A DNA stretch of 64,000 nt from Azolla caroliniana (lineage: Eukaryota; Plantae; Polypodiophyta), in NCBI GenBank assembly GCA_043228905.1, contig JBHGNT010000003.1, positions 23,498,001 through 23,562,000 of the forward strand, written 5' to 3'. The notes beneath the pieces were generated by a model that was given only the letters and a program-made list of their open reading frames with translations, was not told the origin of the DNA and did no database searches. A program made the translations under genes and the position numbers. Below are positions 53,768 through 64,000 of this stretch, piece after piece. The first letter of the stretch is position 1. Each line of letters begins with the position of its first letter.

Positions 53768-56680
53768 ATGGATTGCATCATCAAGCTCTGTAAGATGGGT
53801 CAAATTCGAGAAGCATTCCATTCCATCGAAAATTTGGTCCCGAAAGGAGTGGCTATATCAAGAGATGATGCCCTTCATCTCATGCAATCATGTGGTAAAA
53901 CAAAGGATTTAGGGCTAACAAGACAAATTCATGCTCTTATGGTTGAATCTGGTTTAGAGTCTGTACCCATTCTAGTTGATCATATGATTCGGCTGTTTAC
54001 AGAATGTGGTTGTTTATACGAAGCCAATCTTGTTTTTGGTAAAGTAGCAGAATGTGGTGTCCACACATGGAGTTCTATAATTGGAGCATATGCTACATTA
54101 GGGCAACATGAGGAGGTCTTCAAGATCTATAACCAGATGATAGATGAAGGGATAATGCCAGATAAATTCATTTTCATGAGCATTATCAAGTCCTGCTGTA
54201 GCAACAATGACTTAGCAAGGGGAGAATTGATGCACAAAAAGATAATTGAACACAATGTTTCATTCGATGTAATCATGGGTAGTACACTTGTGGACATGTA
54301 TGCAAAGTGTGGAAATTTGGAGATGGCGTATGAAGTGTTCAATAAATTGCTGAATCGAGATACAATAACTTGGAATTCTATGATAGGTGCATATGTGCAT
54401 CATGGGAATGGGGTCTCAGCACTAGAGCTTTACAAGAAAATGCAAGTGGAGGGCATTGATTTAGATAGGGTCACATTTCTGAATGTATTGAAAGCATGTG
54501 GCATCACAAGATGCTTAGAAGAGGGCAAATTAATTCATGATAAAATTTCAAACAGAGGACTTGGAACAGATATAGTTCTTGGGAGCACCCTTATTGATAT
54601 GTATGCAAAATGTGGAGCCATGGAAGAGGCACGAATGGTTTTTGATAACCTCCGTAACCGAAATGTAGTATCATGGGGAGCAATGATTGCGGGATATGTG
54701 CAACATGGCCATGGTAATACAGCCCTTGCTCTCTTTAGAAAAATGCTAGAAGAGGGTGTCAAGCCTGATAGAGTCATACTCTCATGTGTTTTGAAAGCAT
54801 GTGGTGACATACATGCTCTAGGACATGGAAGTATCTTGCATGAGGAAGTCATTAAGAGTGGGCTTGAATCGGACTTGGCTATTGGAAACAATCTTTTTTA
54901 CATGTATGCGAAAACTGGGAGCTTGGATGAGGCCCGAAAAGTGTTCAACTCGTTGCCAAACCGAGACGTGGTTTCATGGGCAACCATGATTGCTGGATAT
55001 GCTCAGCAAGGACAGGGCCTTCCTGCTCTAGAGCTTTTCAAGGAAATGCAGCAAGAAGGAATATCACCAGATGAAGTCACGTACTCTTGTGTCCTCAAAG
55101 CTTGTAGTTCCATCGGGGCCTTTGGGCAAGGCAAACTTATTCATGACAAGTGCTCCAGAGAGTCTGAATCAGATGTGATACTGGGGAATACTTTAATTGA
55201 TATGTATGCAAAGTGTGGTAACTTACCGGCAGCCCATAAATTATTTGATGCCTTGCCAAACCGCAATGTGGTTTCATGGAATTCAATCATCACAGCATAT
55301 GTTCATGATGGTCAAGGTTTCCCCGTGTTTAAACTTTTTGAGGAAATGGAGGAAGAAGGAGTAAAACCTACAAAGGTGACATTCCTAGGCATCCTAAAGG
55401 CGTGTAGTATTGTAGGTAATCTAAATTATGCTATAGTGCTGCATGAACAGCTAATGAACTCTGCTGGTATTGGGGTGGATATGTCTATTAAGAATGCTCT
55501 TGTGGATACATATGCAAAGTGTGGGAGGTTGGACCTGGCATTGGAAGTCTTCTGTGATCCACCAAATCCAGATGTAATTTCATGGGGTGCTATGATTGGC
55601 GGTTATGTTCATAATGGACAAAACCATGCTGCACTTGAGCTTTTCAAGCATATGGAACAGGATGGAGTGAAACCAGATAGCATTACGATAGCATCTCTTT
55701 TAAAAGCATGTAGTAGCACTGGTGCATTAGAACAGGGTAAAGTACTGCATGATCTAGCTAGAAAAGCTAGAATTAGCACTGATGTGCTGGTTGGGAATGC
55801 TTTAGTTGATATGTATAGCAAATGTGGTTGTATTGAAAAAGCTCGCGAGATATTTAATGCTATGATAAAACGGGATGTTGTCTCATGGAATGTTATGATT
55901 ACTGGATATACACTTCATGGTCATGCTTCCCCGGCTTTAGAACTTTTTGAAGACATGCAAAGAAGTGGGTTCAAACCAGGGGAGGTCACATTTTTATGTG
56001 CTTTGAAAGCTTGTAGTCACATAACAAGCATAGGCCAAGGTAGACATATACATGACCAGATCATTAAGAGCAAACATGGTTTAACTTTACCAATTGGCAA
56101 TACCCTCATTGATATGTATGCCAAATGTGGAAATTTAAGAGAAGCACAGTGTGTGTTTGATCAATTTCCTGGCCGAAATATCATCTCTTGGGGTGTCATT
56201 GTTGGAGGCTATGCAGAACATGGAATGCTTAACATGGCCAAACAATGTTTACAAAACATGAAAGAGCAAGGTATGAAGCCAGATCCTCCGATCCATTTGA
56301 GTTTTCTTGCAGCTTGCAGTCATGCAGGACTTGCGAAGGAAGGGTATCATCATTTCAAGTCCATGGAGGAAGAATATGGCACAGCGCCTACTATCGAGCA
56401 CTTTAACAGCTTGGTTGATCTTCTTGGACGAGCTGGGAAATTGGATGATGCTGAGGAGCTTCTTCGAACGGTGCCTAGTCTTCCCACTCTTCCTGCATGG
56501 GTAGCATTGCTTACTGCATCTAAAGCATATGGAAATTCAGAACTAGGAAGGCGTTGTTTCACTGAGGTTTCTCGGCTAGATCCTGATAATGCATCTGGGT
56601 ATGCCATCATGTTGGATATTTTTGCTGATAAAGCTATGCAGGAAACGGAAATCAGAAGGGCTGTTTTGGATATTCCATGA
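53768..56680 (+). CDS. PLS-class pentatricopeptide repeat protein (970 aa) with truncated E domain, no DYW
   Basis: Single long ORF with about eight P-L-S triplets (LIDMYAKCG, DVVSW, LKAC), ACSHAG...EHFNSLVDLLGRAG, then an E-motif ending after LDPDNASGYAIMLDIFA. Confidence 0.95.
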   Translation: MDCIIKLCKMGQIREAFHSIENLVPKGVAISRDDALHLMQSCGKTKDLGLTRQIHALMVESGLESVPILVDHMIRLFTECGCLYEANLVFGKVAECGVHTWSSIIGAYATLGQHEEVFKIYNQMIDEGIMPDKFIFMSIIKSCCSNNDLARGELMHKKIIEHNVSFDVIMGSTLVDMYAKCGNLEMAYEVFNKLLNRDTITWNSMIGAYVHHGNGVSALELYKKMQVEGIDLDRVTFLNVLKACGITRCLEEGKLIHDKISNRGLGTDIVLGSTLIDMYAKCGAMEEARMVFDNLRNRNVVSWGAMIAGYVQHGHGNTALALFRKMLEEGVKPDRVILSCVLKACGDIHALGHGSILHEEVIKSGLESDLAIGNNLFYMYAKTGSLDEARKVFNSLPNRDVVSWATMIAGYAQQGQGLPALELFKEMQQEGISPDEVTYSCVLKACSSIGAFGQGKLIHDKCSRESESDVILGNTLIDMYAKCGNLPAAHKLFDALPNRNVVSWNSIITAYVHDGQGFPVFKLFEEMEEEGVKPTKVTFLGILKACSIVGNLNYAIVLHEQLMNSAGIGVDMSIKNALVDTYAKCGRLDLALEVFCDPPNPDVISWGAMIGGYVHNGQNHAALELFKHMEQDGVKPDSITIASLLKACSSTGALEQGKVLHDLARKARISTDVLVGNALVDMYSKCGCIEKAREIFNAMIKRDVVSWNVMITGYTLHGHASPALELFEDMQRSGFKPGEVTFLCALKACSHITSIGQGRHIHDQIIKSKHGLTLPIGNTLIDMYAKCGNLREAQCVFDQFPGRNIISWGVIVGGYAEHGMLNMAKQCLQNMKEQGMKPDPPIHLSFLAACSHAGLAKEGYHHFKSMEEEYGTAPTIEHFNSLVDLLGRAGKLDDAEELLRTVPSLPTLPAWVALLTASKAYGNSELGRRCFTEVSRLDPDNASGYAIMLDIFADKAMQETEIRRAVLDIP

Positions 56681-57852
56681 TTGCCTAACACTTGCCGATA
56701 AAGCATGTATGGAACTCAAGCCTAGAAGTTGATCTGCGTAAGGCCATCATGTCAGATACTTTTGCTGGGGAAGAACCTCCAACCTAGGGGGGCCATTAGG
56801 TGGGTTACATTTGCTATTAAAGGAATTCGACCCTAGAAGGGCTAATCCGGGTCTGACATCATGTTGGGGGCAGTTTTACTAGCTAAGGAACTTGAGCCTA
56901 GAAAGGCAGATATGGGTATAGCATCACATCAGATGTTTTTGTTATATGAAAGGAGCTTGAGTTAGAAGTGCTGATCTGGATATACCAGATATTGTTGCTA
57001 TGCATGGGTAGAAGGGCTAATTGGAGTATGTCACCATATCAAATATGCTTGAAACTTTAGACTGGGAGGCAATACCTCAGTAATGGCCTCATGTTGGATA
57101 AATTTTGCTGATAAAGCTGTGCAAGGAAGTTGAGCATGGAACAGCTGGGGGTGAGGGGTTTGTCACAAGTGCTTGAAGACGATGTACATTTACAATAAAG
57201 CAATGCAAGTGAGTTAAGCCTACAAGGTGATATTTAATATGCGTTGTTATTGAGATGGGACGAGAGCTTTGTCACAAGTGCGAGAAGATGATGAACATTC
57301 ATCATAAAGCTATTCAAGTGAGTTAAACCAGCTTAAGAAGACTAGAAAAAAGGGACTGCATTATAGGAAACAACTGGATGAAGCTGAATTGAGCCATGCA
57401 AAGGAGTAAGTAAATGCATTGGGACCATAATGCCATTGCGAGTCATCAAGAGATTCTGAAAATAACTTGGTACCAAAAATTTAATGTCTTTCATATGTCC
57501 TTCAAAACTAATTTTTAGTTACAGAATATATGATACAGAGGCCAAAAGCTAGTTTGCTGGCGTTGGATTCGCAATTTGATAAAGGCATTACATATTCAAT
57601 CATGTTCGACTAAATTTAAATATATACATATAGTAATACAAAATACATGTGGTATAAGTAGAATTATAAGTTTAAATATAAGTGCGTGTAGAAGTATCAC
57701 GTACAAAAGTGCAAAGATAAAGAAACACAAACACAACTAAAAATAAAAAATAAAAAATAAACAAAATAGAAGTAAAAAAGAAATTACAACAAATTACAAA
57801 TTAAAACTAGGGCTAAGGATAAATATTAACAAGAAATTCTTTCCTATAACAA

Positions 57853-57926
57853 GACCGCGTAGCGCAGTGGATTAGCGCGTTGGACTTCGGATCCAAAGGT
57901 CGTGGGTTCGAATCCCATCGTGGTCG
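57853..57926 (+). tRNA. tRNA-Arg (anticodon UCG)
   Basis: GACCGCG/CGTGGTC acceptor stem, anticodon arm TTGGA-CTTCGGA-TCCAA, GTTCGAATCC T-loop, followed by an oligo-T Pol III terminator. Confidence 0.96.
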
Positions 57927-59713
57927 ATTTTTTTAAATCTTTTCTTCTGTGTCTTTCGTTTCCTTCATCCTTGTTCTTTGCTGCATCCTTCTTACTGTTT
58001 TTGCTTGTTTGTTAGGAAGATATAGTGAAGTAAAGATAGTGAATTCTCTGATCCAAAAGCTTTGGTGTAATTAGTGACATAACCATGCCTTACTCTATAG
58101 CTTAACTCTTGATTGGTCGTTTTTCATCTTCTTTATGTAACAAAGGGGGTAGCCATTCTTCTTCTTCTTTGAGTAACAAAAAGGTATCCAATCTTTCTGT
58201 TTTGAGAAATGAAAATATGCCCAGTTTCCTTCTTCTAGTAAGGCACTCATTCTTCTTGTTGTACTAACAAAAAAGGTACAAGAAGATACCCATTCTTCTT
58301 CTTGTACTAACAAAAAGGTGCCCATTCCTCCCTCCTCGACAACAAGATTTGAGGTACAATGCTGGAATTTACAGAACAATGTTGAAGGAAGATGATATCC
58401 CATATTGGCCTTCTTGTTGATGCAAGTAGTAAATGAGTATCCGATCCGAGTCAGGATGTGGTTTCATAGACTTGTAATTGCATGGCATGTTCAACAGAAA
58501 CGCTGTAGAAAATGCCCAACATTCTGAATGCATGCAGTCACAATGGTCTATTACAGGAATGCCATATGGTACTCCAATCAATGAAAAACCAATTACATTT
58601 TCCCAACAGTACAGCACTACACTTGGTATGAACGACCTCTTCAGTTGCGTTGGCTATTTAGATAGACTTGCTAAGGTCAAAATGCATGTGCCTTGTCTTA
58701 TTGATGGTGTAATGTAGGCATATTGCATCAGAAACTTCGTAAGAAAATGGGGGAGATGTTGAGCTTGGCAGCTTATTTATGTGTAAGTATTCTTGCGCTT
58801 ACATGAGGACTTGGTGATTAGAGGATTATCCAACATGACCCCAATTGATCAACTAAGAAAATATGGGCCTATGGATTGCGATAAAACCATTTGATCTTTC
58901 ACATGTAGTGATTGTGCATCAGCAATTCAAAGCATATTCATAAGTACTCTTGTGCTTACGTGAGAACTTGATGATTGGAGGAGTATCCACGGTGATACCA
59001 AATTTAAGAAAAAACTAGGTGCGGTGGATCCATTGTGATTTACGTGTAGTGACAAAGCCTAACCAATTTGAGCGATAAGACTCATTGTAAATAGATATAA
59101 ATCCAAGACCGGTTTTTTATTTGTTTATCACACCCTGTTTTTTTCGTATGCTAATACAGTTGTGGATGTAGCAAAGAAGTTACTAGGAGCCTGGGTGTCA
59201 AATTTGGCACAGGAGAGCAATATAGTATTTTGCATAGTCTACTGCTGCAAACCTTGCAGAAATAAATAATATAATGGATTTATAATTAAAGTCTCGACAA
59301 ATTATTCCTTATCTCAGATCATGTTGTCCATACATATACATCGTACAATTCTGTCAAATTTACACTATACAAACGGTTTTTACATATTCAGGTCCCAAGA
59401 GCCCTGTTCTTGCAGTGCAAAAACCAAAACAAACATACTCACTGATAGAAGGCATGAAATCAAATAATCACGATCACTGCAAGTGGAGAAGAACCAGAAG
59501 AACTCTTTGCCATTATCACACTCAATACTCTCTTATATTTGGCCTCATCATATCGATACACTTGTATCATCGCAATGGTACTTGTACACAAACCTCGATA
59601 AGGATCTGCCTTGCTTTTCCTCCCACACCCTTTATTTCGCATCTTGCATTGCAATTGCCCCTTATTTCTGCTCTAATGTGTAACTGAATTTCCTATATAC
59701 TCTTGGTTGTACT

Positions 59714-62355
59714 TCAGACCACTATAACAACTCCAGATGTATTAGATTGAACTTCGGTTGTCATTCCAACATCACATTTCTCATAACCATTGTCACCCTC
59801 TGATTCAGGATGCTCATTTTCAGAAATTTTATTTGCCACTTGATTAGATCTCGGGCCTGGGACCTTCTTTGACAAGTAACGGGGTTTTCCTATTTTGATC
59901 CCAACCTTCACCTCTCCATTATTTTCCTTCATATTTTGGTCTTCCTCATGAGAACCCACAGCCCCTTCCTTCAATTTGTAAGATGCACTAGTGCCATTAT
60001 TCTTCCTTCCCAATTTTGGCGACCTTGCACGTGTTGGAGGTATCTGTTAGAAAAACATCAAGGATTAACTTTTGAATCAAAGTTGGAAAAACTCAAGCAT
60101 CTCATATAGAGTAAAAAATATTGCCTTTGCCCTGAGCATATCTAAAACTCATCTCATGTTATCTAAAAGTGGTGACCATTGCCTTGACCCCAGTATATCT
60201 AAACTCATTCCAAGTTATAAGCTCATAACAAAGTGGTGAGCATCAAGCTTATTAGAGCAGTATTCATTACAAATATGACTACATTGTTCAAGAGTGGAAT
60301 TTACTTTTTTTATTTCCAATTTTGGCGGTGTTGAGTCCTGATAAAATGATGGCATCGGGGTTGCCTTGAAAGTAAGACCTTTCCTAAACTTCTTTATTTC
60401 TTCTTCTATGACCTCCTGGAATAAACAAGCAGATTTGACATGAAAATCAATGGGTTCACATTTGCATTACTCAGATTATCTCTTGTCAAACCTCAATTAT
60501 ATTAAGTTGGCTTTCTTGTTTTGACAAAGACAAAGACCTAATACAAACAACAATTGACATTATTATCATGCATGTTAAGTTCATTTTAATTGAAAATCAA
60601 CAATAATGAACCTATAAAACTACATCTAATGCATAGTACTTTTCAAATCATGGTTGTTTTGAAAATTAACAATCTTTGACTTGCAGAAGGCTTTTAAAAA
60701 ATGTAGTGATTATAAATAGAAAAAGACTTATCTTATTTCCCTACTCACATTCATCTGATTCAAAATGATGGAAAGCATATCCATTACCTTTGTTTTATCT
60801 TGTGCTTGAGATTTTGCTGCCTCCTTTGCAGTTAACCGCTCCTCGAGCTTCGAATTGAACTAGCAAAACAATCATCTGACCTCAGTGAAAAATCAAAATA
60901 AAAACATTGATTAATTGTTTTTGAAATATTTCCAATACCTCTTTTCTTCTTTGTGCTCGTGCATCACTATTGAAATTAAAGGTGTTGGTACTGGCTCGCA
61001 GCTGTCCTTTTGTTTCTTCAATCCTGACCACATCATTATGGCTGTAAAACATCCCCAATATGCCCACTACAATTAGCGAAAAGACTTCATATACTTGACT
61101 TTACATTGATTATAAAGAAAATTTTGGATGCTAAAGAATTAAGCATAGAATCATATAGTAACAAATTACTCACTTCATATCCTCTCCTTTATCACCGTTT
61201 GTGTTCCTCTTTTCATCTTCTCTTGTAACCTAAAAAAGATTCAATTCTATTGCATTAGTCAAAAGTTTTTTTACATTATTGATAAAATATGCCATACAAT
61301 TGCATACCCCCTAAAATCACCAATTGAAACCAAAATACCAGTAGATAATAGGGTTATGGGCCATTTGGCTTCTCTATCTATTTCTTACTTGCTATTGTCA
61401 TTTCATTTTCCTCATCTTTGGCCTTTCTATCAATTACATAAGAACCCCATGGGCTATTTGGCCTTTCTATCCATTTTTTAATGCATTAAGCTTGTACTCT
61501 AGTACTAAGCCAAGTTTTAACTAACAATGCACCCAGATTCAAACTCCCTATATGCATTACTTTATTAGATGCAACTGCAGAATGTAGAGTTGAAGAGATG
61601 ACCCTCTGGTCTCTGGCGAACAACCTTACCAACTGAGCTAAAATTGTTAGGGCCATCTCAATCTATAGCTCCCTCCCTCCCTCCCTCTTTCATCTTACCT
61701 CCCTTTGTCTCTTGAATCAGAAGGAACAAAGATCACATTATCAGATTTCAACCTGATTTTTACCCAGAGTTTTCACTTGTCCTCCTCCTAAAGAAGCTCT
61801 TCTATCAGTTGCAAGTGCAAAGGGCTGTGGAACCGTAAAGTTGGACTGAGACCGTGGAATCTTTTCATGTTGTCTTAATGTGCTAGACTGAATGTCCAAT
61901 TGCTTCACTACTCTTGATTTTCCCTCTGGAATTCTAGCTTCATTTGGGCGACCCTTTGATGAATGAGCCCTATTGGATTTTTGAGTACCAGACACATTCT
62001 CCATTGGCTTTTTGACTGAACTAGTACCAGATTTATTAGGGTTAGCATCAGATCTCTCCGGGCAAGCATCCAGAGAAACCTGAAAAGAAAAACAGAAAAT
62101 ACGGTTAAACTTGTAAATGTCAATTTTTTTAGCTATTTAATATTTTGTAAGTAAGGTTACTTTTACATCATCTGCTTTAATCTCGAGTTCCTCCATTTGA
62201 TTCATCTCATTTTCTGAAACATCTGAACTTATTTCCTTATCTTTCATTTCATGTTTGATCAAGCAATTTGAGGTGTCTTGTTCTTCATTCTCTGGAGAAT
62301 GAATGCCTAACTGAGCATCAGATACATTGGGTAAAATTTGTTCATCTAAATCCAT
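59714..62355 (-). CDS. WVD2/WDL-family microtubule-associated protein (TPX2/KLEEK domain); exons approx. 62355-62161, 62079-61753, 61228-61173, 61042-60939, 60859-60788, 60415-60305, 60043-59714
   Basis: [13 protein letters not shown]; [14 protein letters not shown]|[14 protein letters not shown]...|[31 protein letters not shown]|[13 protein letters not shown]. Confidence 0.88.
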
Positions 62356-63154
62356 TCCTTCTGTGCACTTAGCTTCCACTTAGTAGGCTATTGTGGCGCT
62401 GATTTTGGCGACTATATACCACATTCGAGTTGCACATAATCCAGAATATTTGAGTAGATACCTATATGAACATCACAACTTATCTCTTTCAATTGCATTC
62501 AATAGTACAAGAACAAATTATCAAAGATGCAATTGCATTCCTAGAAAAATCTATAGTGATATGATGAGCCTGATTGGAAGGAAAAGTGTGAGACTCAGCA
62601 TCATTACTTTCTTCTATAACTATAATCAATACTGCATGAGAAAGCTTCTATAAACTTAAAAGAGTTACGACTTCCTTTCCAACTTTTCAGCTTGACATTC
62701 TTCGAGGACAGAAAGAAATGCCAAAATGCAGACCTTATATGTAGCTATAAATATGTGAAGTATCATAAAACAATGACTGTGTCTAGTTATCGTTATTGAC
62801 AGAAAGAAATATGTTGAGCTTTGTCTGAATTTGATATTTGTGGCAACAATCAAATAGACTATTCCAATTAAACAACCAGAGGGAAAATTCAGGCATTTAC
62901 GACCGTGCATAAATCACTGAAATATACCTAGATCATGACATGCTGATAAAATAACTATCATTCAATAAACCACAGAATGTATGCACACCGCGGATCAACG
63001 AATAATTTGCCTTGAGCTTTGTCCATCTTTGATAAGCTTTTATTTGATCTTATAACTATTTAATTCTGACAATTTCTTGTCAAATTGTGGTGCCCTAGGA
63101 ACTATGTCATGCTGAAGTGCAAATCTGAATGATGATGAACTCATAGTGTTTATA

Positions 63155-63856
63155 AAATATTCTCTAGAGATCCCAATCACCATCAAAGAATTTATCCTAC
63201 ATAGTGCAGTAATTAGAGTCTTATCTATAGATATTGGTTCTTATTTTGTCTCAGACACTAACAGTCAGAAATTGAGCAGTGATGTGCTATCTATCTATAG
63301 CCTAACCCAATCACATTCCTTGAGAACATAGTTGGTTTGAAAGGTAACCAAATTTAGGTCATCTAAATTCTAAGTACTTTGCATATATCTTTCCAAGAAC
63401 TAGAAAGATTGAAAGCAAGGCTCTCAAATTCATGAATACCATTTCCTAAAACAGCACGGAAAACCTAAGGTCCAGATGGATTAAAATAATGAAAAATTAA
63501 GCTCCAAATATTCTCTAGAGATCCCAATCACCATCAAAGAATTTATCCTACATAGTGCAGTAATTAGAGTCTTATCTATAGATATTGGTTCTTATTTTGT
63601 CTCAGACACTAACAGTCAGAAATTGAGCAGTGATGTGCTATCTATCTATAGCCTAACCCAATCACATTCCTTGAGAACATAGTTGGTTTGAAAGGTAACC
63701 AAATTTAGGTCATCTAAATTCTAAGTACTTTGCATATATCTTTCCAAGAACTAGAAAGATTGAAAGCAAGGCTCTCAAATTCATGAATACCATTTCCTAA
63801 AACAGCACGGAAAACCTAAGGTCCAGATGGATTAAAATAATGAAAAATTAAGCTCC
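63155..63856. repeat. Apparently perfect tandem duplication, 351 bp x2
   Basis: aaatattctctagagatcccaatc...gaaaaattaagctcc at 63155-63505 and 63506-63856. Confidence 0.93.
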
Positions 63857-64000
63857 GAATTTTAACATCTTCTTTAGGCATGGACATCTATAGTGCAATT
63901 CCTTTCAAGAACCAAATGATTGAAAGGAACGCTTTTGAATCCATGAATAACGTTGCTAAAGAAAATACTAATCATGCATTCACCATCAGAAACCATTTCA

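Noticed and set aside
54127-56706. Antisense ORFs over the PPR gene (and over the RLK and Roco ORFs)
   Set aside because: Typical shadow ORFs of long coding sequences, with no independent motifs.
58110-58330. Degenerate ~40-bp repeats (ccattcttcttcttgtactaacaaaaaaggt) after the tRNA
   Set aside because: Low-complexity minisatellite with no evidence of function or spacer structure.

Overview
Eukaryotic land-plant nuclear DNA, most likely a fern or similar seed-free plant (inferred from TE-filled multi-kb introns, a very long PLS-class PPR and RTE-type LINE relics). The first ~11 kb is a mosaic of gene fragments and retroelement debris: a G-type lectin S-domain receptor kinase cut off inside its kinase domain at a copia LTR, a pseudogenised copy of three 3' exons of the neighbouring FPGS gene, truncated gypsy and copia elements, and a fragment of a TORNADO1-like gene. 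A second, disrupted TORNADO1-like Roc-COR (Roco) gene lies at 12.8-15.6 kb. Then come a hAT-type MITE with perfect TIRs/TSD, an intact 15-exon folylpolyglutamate synthase gene (- strand, copia in its last intron), a MAGL/CSE-like alpha/beta-hydrolase with a 30-nt microexon, RPL18a, a PLS-PPR gene trailed by degenerate E-motif repeats, tRNA-Arg(UCG) and a WVD2/WDL (TPX2-domain) gene. Exon boundaries and alignments were read by eye, and no searches were run.
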